From a virus: DNA of 64,000 nucleotides. The notes under the pieces are model-generated. The model did not search any database and was not told where the DNA came from. It saw only the letters and a program-made list of their open reading frames with translations. Made by a program: the position numbers and the translations under genes. Shown here piece after piece: positions 1 through 9,182 of this stretch (position 1 is the stretch's first letter; each line of letters opens with the position of its first letter). The stretch lies in IMG/VR virus record IMGVR_UViG_3300020424_000002, positions 82,137 through 146,136 of that record. One strand, 5' to 3'.

Positions 1-322
1 TAGTAGATTTTTTGAGACCTTTAAAATACTTTGCTGGTTGAGTTCCTTTTTTATCTTTGATATCTTTGTCTTGAGGTTCTCTTTCCTCATCTCTGAGACG
101 AGGTTCAGTCCTGTTATACTTTTGTGTAACTATTGAAAGATTTGACTTATCGTTATTCATAGGATTACCATCTTTATGATGCACATCTTTACCAACAATA
201 CCTTTGGTATCTTTTAGTTGTCTTCGTGCATGATTTCTACCAGCTCTTCTTTTTTTCTGTTCTGGTTTAGAATGGTAGTTTTCGTATTCTTTTTTGTAGT
301 TCCTTTCTTTGAAAGTCTCCAT
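1..322 (-). CDS. HNH-motif protein, runs off the left edge of the window (not in ORF track)
   Basis: Hand translation from ATG at 322, with AAGGAG upstream: METFKERNYKKEY...GKDVHHKDGNPMNNDKSNLSIV (HNH-type HH-x-DG-NP-x-NN motif). No stop before position 1. Confidence 0.7.
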   Translation of the reverse strand, partial: METFKERNYKKEYENYHSKPEQKKRRAGRNHARRQLKDTKGIVGKDVHHKDGNPMNNDKSNLSIVTQKYNRTEPRLRDEEREPQDKDIKDKKGTQPAKYFKGLKKST

Positions 323-331
323 GACGACTCC

Positions 332-2929
332 TTAGAATGAACTTATAACATCTTTGTGATTTGAATACTTACTTGATGATTGTCTCATGAGATTATCATA
401 GATTTGACCTCTGGTTCTCATTAATCCATCTGGCATGTGACCGAGTGCTTTGTGAGTCATCATAATACCTTTTAATGCATCTAGTCCTTTTTTATCACCA
501 AGAAGTTTTGCAAGATGCATTAATGAACCAGTGTGGTCATTTCTATCTGTCATTTTTTTAATCTTGTTGATATCTGCAGCTGACATTTCTTTTTTCTCTA
601 CAAGTTCTTCGATACCTTCTTTGATATCTTCTATCTTCTGATGCCACTCTACCATCTCATCTGTACCTTCTTTATAGAAGATTGCTTTCTTAGTCACTGG
701 GTCTAATCCCATGTACTTACCTTTGAGAGAAGGCATCTTAACACCAATGTCTCTTAACATTGCAACCATCTTATGAAGTCTTTCCCAGTTTGCTGGTGGA
801 TGTTTTTGTTTCCAGATTTGACCCATTAATTTGTCAATACTTTTCTCTGGGTCTTTTTCATCAAATGGTAGTTTAGTCATCTTTGCCATCATCTTACCAA
901 ATGTTTTAAGTTTAACAACATTTGCTGGTGATAGGTTTTCAATCACTACATGATGACCTGTAAATTCTTTTGATTCGTTTGCATGTCTAAGTGCAAGTTT
1001 AACTGCTGGATTCTTAGATAATCCTCTTTTAAGTTTTTCTATTTCTTTGATTGCATAGTTAGTTGCACCACTTAAATCAAGTGCAAGTTCAATTGCTTTC
1101 TTAACTGTTTTATCTCTTGCAGCTGCTTTTTGTTTTGGATTGTCTCTGTAATATTTGTTTATTTCTTGACCTGTAAGTTTAGATTTACCCATCTTAGATA
1201 GTGGGTCTAACTTACCATCTTTGACTCTTTCATCTATTTTCTTACCATCTTTATCATACTTACCAGACTTTTTCTTTGCAATTGCAATTGCAGCTTGTTG
1301 TGCAAAGTTTTTACCTTTACCTTCTGATACTTCTTCTCGTATTTTTTCCATACCTTTTGGATTTTTAGTCACTATATCTCTCTGAGATAATATTTTTATT
1401 AAATCTTTGACCTCATCTGGTGCAATCATAAAACTTTCATTTCTAAATCTAATAGAATACATTGTATTCGGTGCTGGAAAGACAAGATTTATTGAGAATT
1501 TACCAGATTTTTTTAATCTAGGCATCGGTAGTGATGTTTTCATTGCTTCCTCAAGTTCTTCACTTACTGCTTTTTCTAAATCATCTGCTTGTTTTGCATG
1601 TTTCTTACTTGCTTTCTTCAACATAGTGACAATCTTTTTCACTACTGGTTTGTCGTCATTATCGAGTTCTTCTGGTAAAGGTTTTACACCTTGTTGTTTG
1701 AACATCTTCATCAAGGCATTGTTAGTTGCAAGTTTGATTTTGTTATCTTTACCCATTGCAACCATAGTATTTTTAAATCCTTGAGGATTTTGTTTTTGCA
1801 TTGCCATTGCAACTTTAACACCAGTCATGTTAAGAAGTTTTGCAACACCATACTGGAACATTTTATCACCACCAGTTTTAAATAGTTTGTCAATCATTTC
1901 ACCAGCAGATGCTTCTACTAGTTCAAAATCTTCTTTTTGCATTGCGAGTTTAGTGTTAAGAGTTCCAATCATCTTAAGGATTGTATCTCTTGCATCTAAA
2001 ACTTTTTTGTAATCTTTGTTATGAACTGTATTCTTAAGTTCTTTATCACCCATGTTTGCAATCTTCTGATAAGCTTTTAAGACACTCTGCATGTCTTTAG
2101 AAACCTTTTTCATTGCCTCGACTTCTTGTCTCTTGACTTCATCTAAAGATTCTTTTCTATACTGTCTCATTAATGAATCTATTTGTTTTTGGATTCTATG
2201 ATATTCATCACTGTCATACTTGACATCCATCTTTTTATTTCTAAGATTACTGATTCTATCTTTAACTGAATCAGGCATAGTTGTTAGTGCTTCTAACATA
2301 TTGTCATCTGGATGTATGACATGTGCAAGGTCTTTATCGTGATTTAGATTACCTTTTTTCTTCTTGACTATAAATGCATTTACTCTTGCCATTCCCCACT
2401 GCTGTGGAGTAGTTCCTGGCCTGTGTCCTGTTTTCCATGCAGCCATTCCACGATTGTAAACTTTTCTTAATGTTCCTACTGAGATACCAGATTTTTTAGC
2501 TTTAGCTGCAAGACCTTTAGATTCATCTAAATCATTATCTTCCATCATCTTCATAAGAGGTTTATCTTTTTGGATGTCTTTCATTAAGTTGTCAATATCT
2601 TTGTCATTACCCTTGAAGTTTACATTATTATCATCTACAAATTTACCTTTGGATTGTGTACCAAATGTTATTTTAACTTTTGGATGTTTTTTTGCATACT
2701 TACTGATTAATGCCTGTTGAATTTTTTTCTTGTTTTTCATTGGTACAGACATCATACCATCTTCTTCAAGATAATCTAACCAATCATTGATTTCTTCGTC
2801 ACGAACATCTTCGATGAGAGAGTCAATTAACTCCTCATTTAAGATATCTTCATTTGGTGTTGCATACATTTCTCTGTATGCATCTGCAACAGATGACAGA
2901 GTTTTTCTGTTTCTCATGTAGTTTGACAT
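332..2929 (-). CDS. Large modular Lys/Glu-rich protein, probable capsid-internal protein, with a DUF5824-like segment
   Basis: 865 aa; segment LRKVYNRGMAAWKTGHRPGTTPQQWGMARVNAF; modules separated by (L/I/V)xE linkers. Confidence 0.55.
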   Translation of the reverse strand: MSNYMRNRKTLSSVADAYREMYATPNEDILNEELIDSLIEDVRDEEINDWLDYLEEDGMMSVPMKNKKKIQQALISKYAKKHPKVKITFGTQSKGKFVDDNNVNFKGNDKDIDNLMKDIQKDKPLMKMMEDNDLDESKGLAAKAKKSGISVGTLRKVYNRGMAAWKTGHRPGTTPQQWGMARVNAFIVKKKKGNLNHDKDLAHVIHPDDNMLEALTTMPDSVKDRISNLRNKKMDVKYDSDEYHRIQKQIDSLMRQYRKESLDEVKRQEVEAMKKVSKDMQSVLKAYQKIANMGDKELKNTVHNKDYKKVLDARDTILKMIGTLNTKLAMQKEDFELVEASAGEMIDKLFKTGGDKMFQYGVAKLLNMTGVKVAMAMQKQNPQGFKNTMVAMGKDNKIKLATNNALMKMFKQQGVKPLPEELDNDDKPVVKKIVTMLKKASKKHAKQADDLEKAVSEELEEAMKTSLPMPRLKKSGKFSINLVFPAPNTMYSIRFRNESFMIAPDEVKDLIKILSQRDIVTKNPKGMEKIREEVSEGKGKNFAQQAAIAIAKKKSGKYDKDGKKIDERVKDGKLDPLSKMGKSKLTGQEINKYYRDNPKQKAAARDKTVKKAIELALDLSGATNYAIKEIEKLKRGLSKNPAVKLALRHANESKEFTGHHVVIENLSPANVVKLKTFGKMMAKMTKLPFDEKDPEKSIDKLMGQIWKQKHPPANWERLHKMVAMLRDIGVKMPSLKGKYMGLDPVTKKAIFYKEGTDEMVEWHQKIEDIKEGIEELVEKKEMSAADINKIKKMTDRNDHTGSLMHLAKLLGDKKGLDALKGIMMTHKALGHMPDGLMRTRGQIYDNLMRQSSSKYSNHKDVISSF

Positions 2930-3622
2930 TTACTTTCCAGCTTTTCTATTATTGTATATTAAAGATTTTTCCTTAACATATCCTAACCTTCTTAAGGTTT
3001 CTTTAAATGATTTACTTCTTGCATCATATTTAATCTCAGATGCATCTTCGTTTTTACCGATTGCTTTTGAGATTGCTTTTCTTTTCTTATGCAAGAATTT
3101 ATCAGATGAATCAACATCACCATCATTGTCGATGTCTTTGTCTTTTCTATCTTTAAACTTTTTCTTAACTGCTTTTTTGTCTACTTTATCAAGTCCTTCA
3201 CCATCATCTGATTTATCATTAGATGCATCTTCTGTATTACAATGACTTGCCTTTAGGTCTTTTTTGAGTTTTTTCTTTCCATCCTCAGAACCCATATCAG
3301 CCATTTCACCGACTGTACAAGGATACTCTTTACCAGCAAACATAAAGGTTTTATCACCATTTTTCTTTGCTTGTCTTGCAGCTGCAATGAATGACCTTTT
3401 GTCATCATTTACTGCTTTTCTAAGTTCTTGTAGTTCTTTATTGAACGATTCTGCAACTTCTGGTTTGTCCTGTAAAGGATATCCCATAAGTTCTGCTTGT
3501 TGTGCAAAACGAGATTTTGCTGGTTGTCCAGAATTAAGGACTTCTGAGACCGCATCAGCAACAGATTTAGTTACTTTATCAGTCCCACTGTTGAATTTTA
3601 ATCTATCTTTTATATCTGACAT
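2930..3622 (-). CDS. Hypothetical charged protein with DxDxDG (EF-hand-like) motif
   Basis: DKDIDNDGDVDSSD; TATAAATA late promoter upstream at 3651-3658. Confidence 0.55.
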   Translation of the reverse strand: MSDIKDRLKFNSGTDKVTKSVADAVSEVLNSGQPAKSRFAQQAELMGYPLQDKPEVAESFNKELQELRKAVNDDKRSFIAAARQAKKNGDKTFMFAGKEYPCTVGEMADMGSEDGKKKLKKDLKASHCNTEDASNDKSDDGEGLDKVDKKAVKKKFKDRKDKDIDNDGDVDSSDKFLHKKRKAISKAIGKNEDASEIKYDARSKSFKETLRRLGYVKEKSLIYNNRKAGK

Positions 3623-3662
3623 TGTGGTCTCCTATTAATGTTTCCTCTAGTATTTATATATA

Positions 3663-5084
3663 TCACTTCTTCGACTGTGATTGTCTAAACTTTTTAAGTC
3701 GTTCTACTTCACCTTTTTTAACTTTAGGGAAGAGTTTTTTACTTAATTTTGCAATTGCACTCTTCTTTTTATCTAATTTTTTACCGATTGCAATTCTAGC
3801 ACCCATTGAAAGTTCACTTGCAGCCTTACCACCAGACATTTTTTTAAATAAAATTGCTCTTGCAGTCTTCATTGCTTTTGTTTTCAATTGGTCATTAGTC
3901 TTCATTCTTTTCTTTTTACGAGCTTTAGTTCTTGCAATCTTCTGTGCAAGTCGTCTCATTCTCATACCAATTGCCCTTCTTTGTTGCATATTAAGTACTT
4001 CTAACTGTAATTGTCTTGTTAATTCACTAGTAAATTTACCTTCTGCAACCTTATGTTGTTTCTTTGCCATGTTCATTGCTGTCCCATGCATTACTTCTTT
4101 TGCTTTATCACCATACTCTTTTTCAAAGTAATCTTTCTTTTTCTTTAAATCTTTGTAAATCTTTTCTTTCGTAGCCATAACTGCATCGGATACTTCGTTT
4201 GTATCAGTCGGATTTGTACTTCTATTTTTAAGTCTAGTTAATCTTCTTCTATCTGCATCCATTTCTCTGTCATGTTTAATTTTTAATTGTTCTTTTTCTC
4301 TAGATTGTTTGTCTTTTAGGTTATCTGTAGTTTCATCTTCATTGAATAATCTTTTTTCCATATCTACTGGATGTTCATAGGAAGCTGCAAGTGCAACATT
4401 TTTCATAGGTTTCATGGTCAATGCAGATTTCCATGCAGTTGCCATTTTGTTTGAAGGGAAAGATTTTACGAATGCTCTAAGTCTAGGGAAAATTTTAGTG
4501 GTGTTTTTATCCAAATCATTCATATCACCATCATTATCTACAATAAAAAAGTTTTGTCTACCAAATGTAGCTTGTAGTTTACCCATGTTTTTTCTGACTG
4601 TTGCATGATTGCTTTGTACTATATTGTCTGGGATACTTCTTTCTCGTTGTCTATTTCTATCTAATGCAGTTTCTAATGAAGTATTTACGAATACCATTGC
4701 AGTTTCGTATCCTAAATCTTGAAGGAGTTTTCTTTGTTTTACGATATTTTTTACATCTCTTGCAGTTGAATCAATAACAAGTCCTAACCGACCTTTAATA
4801 TACATTTCTTGTCGTTTACCAGTGATTGCTTTTGCATGAACACGAATTGCATCTCTTTGTTCTTCTTCACTCTCTGGCATTTTAAGTGAAAGACCTGCTT
4901 TCTTAAGACCCATTTCAAATGATTGGTCTGAGTTTACTGGTCGTAAACCCATAGAACCGAACCCTAATTTTTTAGCTGCAAGTGATTTACCACTGCCTGG
5001 GCCACCTGCCATAAAGACAGCCTTAAATACGCCTGGGTCGTTAATTCCTTCGTTAAGCGAGTCGTATGTATTTTCCAATATCAT
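3663..5084 (-). CDS. P-loop kinase (zeta toxin/AAA_33-like) fused to a basic C-terminal region
   Basis: Walker A MAGGPGSGKS, LVIDST, lid-like ALDRNRQRER. Confidence 0.75.
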   Translation of the reverse strand: MILENTYDSLNEGINDPGVFKAVFMAGGPGSGKSLAAKKLGFGSMGLRPVNSDQSFEMGLKKAGLSLKMPESEEEQRDAIRVHAKAITGKRQEMYIKGRLGLVIDSTARDVKNIVKQRKLLQDLGYETAMVFVNTSLETALDRNRQRERSIPDNIVQSNHATVRKNMGKLQATFGRQNFFIVDNDGDMNDLDKNTTKIFPRLRAFVKSFPSNKMATAWKSALTMKPMKNVALAASYEHPVDMEKRLFNEDETTDNLKDKQSREKEQLKIKHDREMDADRRRLTRLKNRSTNPTDTNEVSDAVMATKEKIYKDLKKKKDYFEKEYGDKAKEVMHGTAMNMAKKQHKVAEGKFTSELTRQLQLEVLNMQQRRAIGMRMRRLAQKIARTKARKKKRMKTNDQLKTKAMKTARAILFKKMSGGKAASELSMGARIAIGKKLDKKKSAIAKLSKKLFPKVKKGEVERLKKFRQSQSKK

Positions 5085-5709
5085 CTGTTATGTACTCTGG
5101 TATATGATGGAATTCTTCTCGAATTGCCATTCCTTTTCTTACTGCTTTATACAGTTGTTTTCCTTGTCTAAAAGTTCTTGGTAATGATTTAACAAATGTT
5201 TTTTCATCACCATCGAAAGCCATTGCTCTCATCTTAGATGCAGACATACCAGATATGTCATCTGCATCTGGGTCTCTTTCACCTGCTGATACCAATTCGA
5301 TACTTTTAAAGTTATAGAAACCATGTCTACCTTTCACACCATTGTACTTTGTGAGTAGACTCTCAAATTCTCTTAGTCTATCTGAACCAGCAACCATCTT
5401 TACACTTCTGTATCCTTGGTTATACAAGTCAACCACCACATCAAATACTGTTCTAGAATTAGATGTAGAAACTGTTACTTTTGCTGGTCTAAACAAGAGT
5501 TTCATGAACTTTGTTTTGGTTCTATAATCTAGTGGATTCTTCTTTGGGTCTTGACTATGACTTGTATAGATGAATCCATCATCCGAACCAGCAACCTGTT
5601 TCACTTTCATTGCAAGTTTGAGATGTCCAGCAGTTGGTGGATTAAACCTACCGAATGCAAACACAGCAGTTTGTGAATTTATCTCAACAATGTCTTTGAA
5701 ACTTTTCAT
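5053..5709 (-). CDS. Cytidyltransferase-like (HIGH-superfamily) nucleotidyltransferase
   Basis: FAFGRFNPPTAGH, VAGSDR, MSASKMR; common in T4-like marine phages. Confidence 0.85.
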   Translation of the reverse strand: MKSFKDIVEINSQTAVFAFGRFNPPTAGHLKLAMKVKQVAGSDDGFIYTSHSQDPKKNPLDYRTKTKFMKLLFRPAKVTVSTSNSRTVFDVVVDLYNQGYRSVKMVAGSDRLREFESLLTKYNGVKGRHGFYNFKSIELVSAGERDPDADDISGMSASKMRAMAFDGDEKTFVKSLPRTFRQGKQLYKAVRKGMAIREEFHHIPEYITDDIGKYIRLA

Positions 5710-5717
5710 GTAAGTAT

Positions 5718-6905
5718 TTATGTTTTTACAAATTTCTGTTCGTTGATTTTAAGTGCATCATAATCCATTTGCACATATTCTCTACATACATCCCACCACT
5801 CTTTTAAGTCTTCATCTTCTTGTAGTTCTTCTATAACTCTTTGTCTAATTTCTGGTGTGACATTCATATGAGTATGGGCATACATGCTGTGAGATTGTTT
5901 TTGGTGAAACTTAACCTTAACTTCATCATCAATAAATCCTAAATCTATTAATGTATCAATTGCACCAGCTGTCTTTTTCAAAGATTCTTCTGATGGATGT
6001 AGAAAACCTAGTCCACTTTGTGTATAGTCTATGTCGTGTTTATAGTGTACAAGATTATCGTAAATGTCATACATTGATTTACCATTCCACAATGGTCTTG
6101 ATAATACGAAAGTATGATTCATTTGTTGTCCTTCTAATCCACCTATTAGTAATCTTTCTGGTGGACAAAAATATATTATTCTTTTTGCAGAATTGTAATA
6201 TCTTTCCCATCCTTCTTCTGTATCTGCATCTAAATCATATATCCATGGACAAGACATACCATTATCCATTTCAGTTATAAGACCAGATATAAATCTTTCC
6301 CAAGGGTCACGAACAAGTAAATACGATGTCCAATCGTTGAAAAAATTTAATTCTTGAAATGGTGGAGTCAGTTCTGAATCACGACCTTCACCATAATTTT
6401 TAGGAGTAGCTTTCATTCCATAATCCCATGGACAGTTATCACCAAAAAATTCTTTTGCTTCTTTCGAACCCCTCTTAATAATTTTTGAATATGCAGTAAG
6501 AGGATTCAAACTCCCATCAGGAGCCTGTTTCCAGTGTTCTGGAATATTTTCATAACCATGCATTACAACTCTTTTGTTAGGTTGATACATATCTGTAACA
6601 AATTGCAGATATTCTTCATCTGATAACCAAGTTCTTGGATTACGATTTTGGTCTTCAATCCAAACCCAGTCATCATCAAACATTTCGTTTTGTGCGTTTA
6701 GATAAAAACGAATTGAGGAATGTCCTACTTTACGAGGACATGTAAGTATTACTTTTCTTTTTTTAGATATGAATGTGGGATGACATCTTTCCCAACATGT
6801 TTCACCATCAAAATGTGCATTAACAGTAAAAGTTTGTTTTCCAACTGTTATTTGAACTTCATTATTTTCATTAAATGAAGCAAAAGATTTCAAAGAATCT
6901 GACAT
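5718..6905 (-). CDS. Sulfotransferase-like protein
   Basis: PAPS-binding-type motifs CPRKVGHSS and LVRDPWERFISG. Confidence 0.6.
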   Translation of the reverse strand: MSDSLKSFASFNENNEVQITVGKQTFTVNAHFDGETCWERCHPTFISKKRKVILTCPRKVGHSSIRFYLNAQNEMFDDDWVWIEDQNRNPRTWLSDEEYLQFVTDMYQPNKRVVMHGYENIPEHWKQAPDGSLNPLTAYSKIIKRGSKEAKEFFGDNCPWDYGMKATPKNYGEGRDSELTPPFQELNFFNDWTSYLLVRDPWERFISGLITEMDNGMSCPWIYDLDADTEEGWERYYNSAKRIIYFCPPERLLIGGLEGQQMNHTFVLSRPLWNGKSMYDIYDNLVHYKHDIDYTQSGLGFLHPSEESLKKTAGAIDTLIDLGFIDDEVKVKFHQKQSHSMYAHTHMNVTPEIRQRVIEELQEDEDLKEWWDVCREYVQMDYDALKINEQKFVKT

Positions 6906-6921
6906 AATATAACTCCATAAT

Positions 6922-8133
6922 TTATTTGTCCCAGTCTTTTTGTACTGTAAAGTTATTTAGTGAGAACTCCATTCGGTCTACTAACTTCACTGCACCACCA
7001 AGATTATTGTCAATTGCAACAAAACCCTCTGGTGCAACGACATCAAAACCATTATCTTTTTTTACAAACAATTGTGTTAATTGTTTTGCTTTATTTACTT
7101 TAGTAAGTATCTTAATCTTTGCATAGTTTATCAATGCTTGAAACTCTACTAAAGTTTTAAGTAATGTTAAATGTTTTCTAATTTGTGTAAGATGTATGTT
7201 TTTGTTTTTCTCTGCTGTCTTTTTTGCAGATGTAACTTTGAGTTTATCTATTTGTGCATCAAACTTTTCCTCTACAAATTTAAAATAACCATCTGCATGA
7301 TTCTTATAGTTTAATCGTAAAAAGTTTGTTCCTTCTCTTACTTTACTATTGTGATATGTTTTGTAACTCATGCCTGGCTTCATCTCTGATTGATGTTTTA
7401 AGAATGAATCTAGTGATGGTTTTCTTATCTTCTGAAAAACCTTACCTGTTCTGGACATCAATCTGGTTATTTCTGCACTGTCTTTTTGCGTAAAGGTTGC
7501 AGTTCCAGATACATCATTGTAGGATGCATCATCCATCCAGACCTTACTTGTTTTTTTAAGACCAGATATGTTTGCACCAAATGATGCAGTTAAATCTGAT
7601 AATGAATCTCCTGTATAAGTTGTATGAAATACAATACCCACATTTGCTCTTCTCATAGTAGATGCAAGTTTAGATGTAGAAGGTACTGCATACATGATTG
7701 TATTTGGTTGAAAGGTTTCATACGATTCACCATTGATATCTTTCTTTTCTAGGTCACCTTTTGTAAACATCAAGTCACCTTGAAGTATATCTTTAATACC
7801 GATATCTTTCAGATTGTTATAACATGCTTTGAATTTTTCTGCAAGTTGTCCAGATAAATCTGCATTTATCTCTGCAATTGATGTGTAGTATTTTGGTGTT
7901 TTGTTAAATAAACTTTTCTTTGCAACAAAGAATTTACCTGTCTCTGGGTCATTACCACAAAAGATAGCAGGAGCTCCATCCCATTTTACAGTGACATTAA
8001 CACTTCTCTTACTTCCAGACATCAACATGTCACGAAGTGACCTTATAAAGTTTATAGATGCACGACCACCATCAATACCATTATTGAATATTTCGTCTTC
8101 TATATGTTCTAAATGTACATTAGGACTTGGCAT
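6922..8133 (-). CDS. Conserved T4-like phage protein (DUF6267-like)
   Basis: HLEHIED, TVKWDGAPAIFCG, QGDLMF, EGFV, KLVDRMEFS. Confidence 0.7.
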   Translation of the reverse strand: MPSPNVHLEHIEDEIFNNGIDGGRASINFIRSLRDMLMSGSKRSVNVTVKWDGAPAIFCGNDPETGKFFVAKKSLFNKTPKYYTSIAEINADLSGQLAEKFKACYNNLKDIGIKDILQGDLMFTKGDLEKKDINGESYETFQPNTIMYAVPSTSKLASTMRRANVGIVFHTTYTGDSLSDLTASFGANISGLKKTSKVWMDDASYNDVSGTATFTQKDSAEITRLMSRTGKVFQKIRKPSLDSFLKHQSEMKPGMSYKTYHNSKVREGTNFLRLNYKNHADGYFKFVEEKFDAQIDKLKVTSAKKTAEKNKNIHLTQIRKHLTLLKTLVEFQALINYAKIKILTKVNKAKQLTQLFVKKDNGFDVVAPEGFVAIDNNLGGAVKLVDRMEFSLNNFTVQKDWDK

Positions 8134-8452
8134 TTCTTTCCTTCGTTTTCTTTTTCATCTTGTTTATGTATGCACGATAGACAGCTGCCTGTGCATTCTT
8201 ACCCATCTCTCTTGCTCTTTGTTCCATTGCAATTGCAGCTTGTATTTTATGTGCATGAGATTTACCAGAATTTTTAATCTTAGTGACACTTGCTTTTGCA
8301 TCATCAACTGTTGCAAATTTTAATCCATGAATAGTTCCTTTAGGATTTTCATCTGTATATAAATCAGAATGTTTTTTAGAGTTTGCAGGCTGACCTTTCT
8401 TTCTAGGTATCCTAGGATTCTTTTGTTCTATAAATTGTTTGAAAGAAATCAT
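8120..8452 (-). CDS. Conserved basic hypothetical protein
   Basis: RIPRKKGQPANSKKHSDLYTDENPKGTIHGL; N-terminus MISFKQFIE. Confidence 0.65.
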   Translation of the reverse strand: MISFKQFIEQKNPRIPRKKGQPANSKKHSDLYTDENPKGTIHGLKFATVDDAKASVTKIKNSGKSHAHKIQAAIAMEQRAREMGKNAQAAVYRAYINKMKKKTKERNAKS

Positions 8453-9174
8453 TTGTTTCTTACATTTCCTATTGCATCTGTATATGCAAGTGTTAAAGGT
8501 AGTAAGTCTTTAATAGGTAAATCTATTTCTAATGCAGTTACTTGTATAGCTGGGTCAACCAATACAGCAGATAAGAATCTGTGGTGACCATCTATAATTC
8601 TGTCATCTTTAGATACTACATAAAAATTATTCTTAGATGCAGAAAAATCTTTAGTCCCTTTTGCACCAAACTTAGATACATTCTTAATTGACTTGTCAAA
8701 ATATATTTGACTTTGAATAGGTTTTAGTTTTCCTACTGCAATCTTTTTAATTCTAACATTTACTTTGTCATCGTCTTTATCACCATCATTCTTTGCAAGA
8801 CCACCACTTACCCATTTTTTTCCTGTCTCTTTGTCTAGTCCTTGAGGAAATGGGTCATCTGGAACTTCGTTCTTTGCAAAGGGTCTTGCAATATCAATTG
8901 CACCTGCTTTTAATCTTCTTTGTAATAGTTTGATATCTCTGTTATCGATTACAGGCATATCTTTTCTTTGTGCAAATCCCATCCTTGCAAGTTTTTTTGC
9001 AAGTTTATAGTTTCTATCGAAGTTAGGAATCTCTTTATCTATATCAAATCCTTTCTTATCAAAAAGTTTTTTTGCATATTCATATGCTTTCTTCTCATCT
9101 GTTTTGATAAGTTCCATCTTACCAGCTTCTGCACCGCCTTTACCTTCTGCTATGTATCTTCTAAAACTTTTCAT
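8449..9174 (-). CDS. ParB/sulfiredoxin-like domain protein
   Basis: LKPIQSQIY...VVSKDDRIIDGHHRF. Confidence 0.65.
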   Translation of the reverse strand: MKSFRRYIAEGKGGAEAGKMELIKTDEKKAYEYAKKLFDKKGFDIDKEIPNFDRNYKLAKKLARMGFAQRKDMPVIDNRDIKLLQRRLKAGAIDIARPFAKNEVPDDPFPQGLDKETGKKWVSGGLAKNDGDKDDDKVNVRIKKIAVGKLKPIQSQIYFDKSIKNVSKFGAKGTKDFSASKNNFYVVSKDDRIIDGHHRFLSAVLVDPAIQVTALEIDLPIKDLLPLTLAYTDAIGNVRNK

Positions 9175-9182
9175 ATCTTTTC

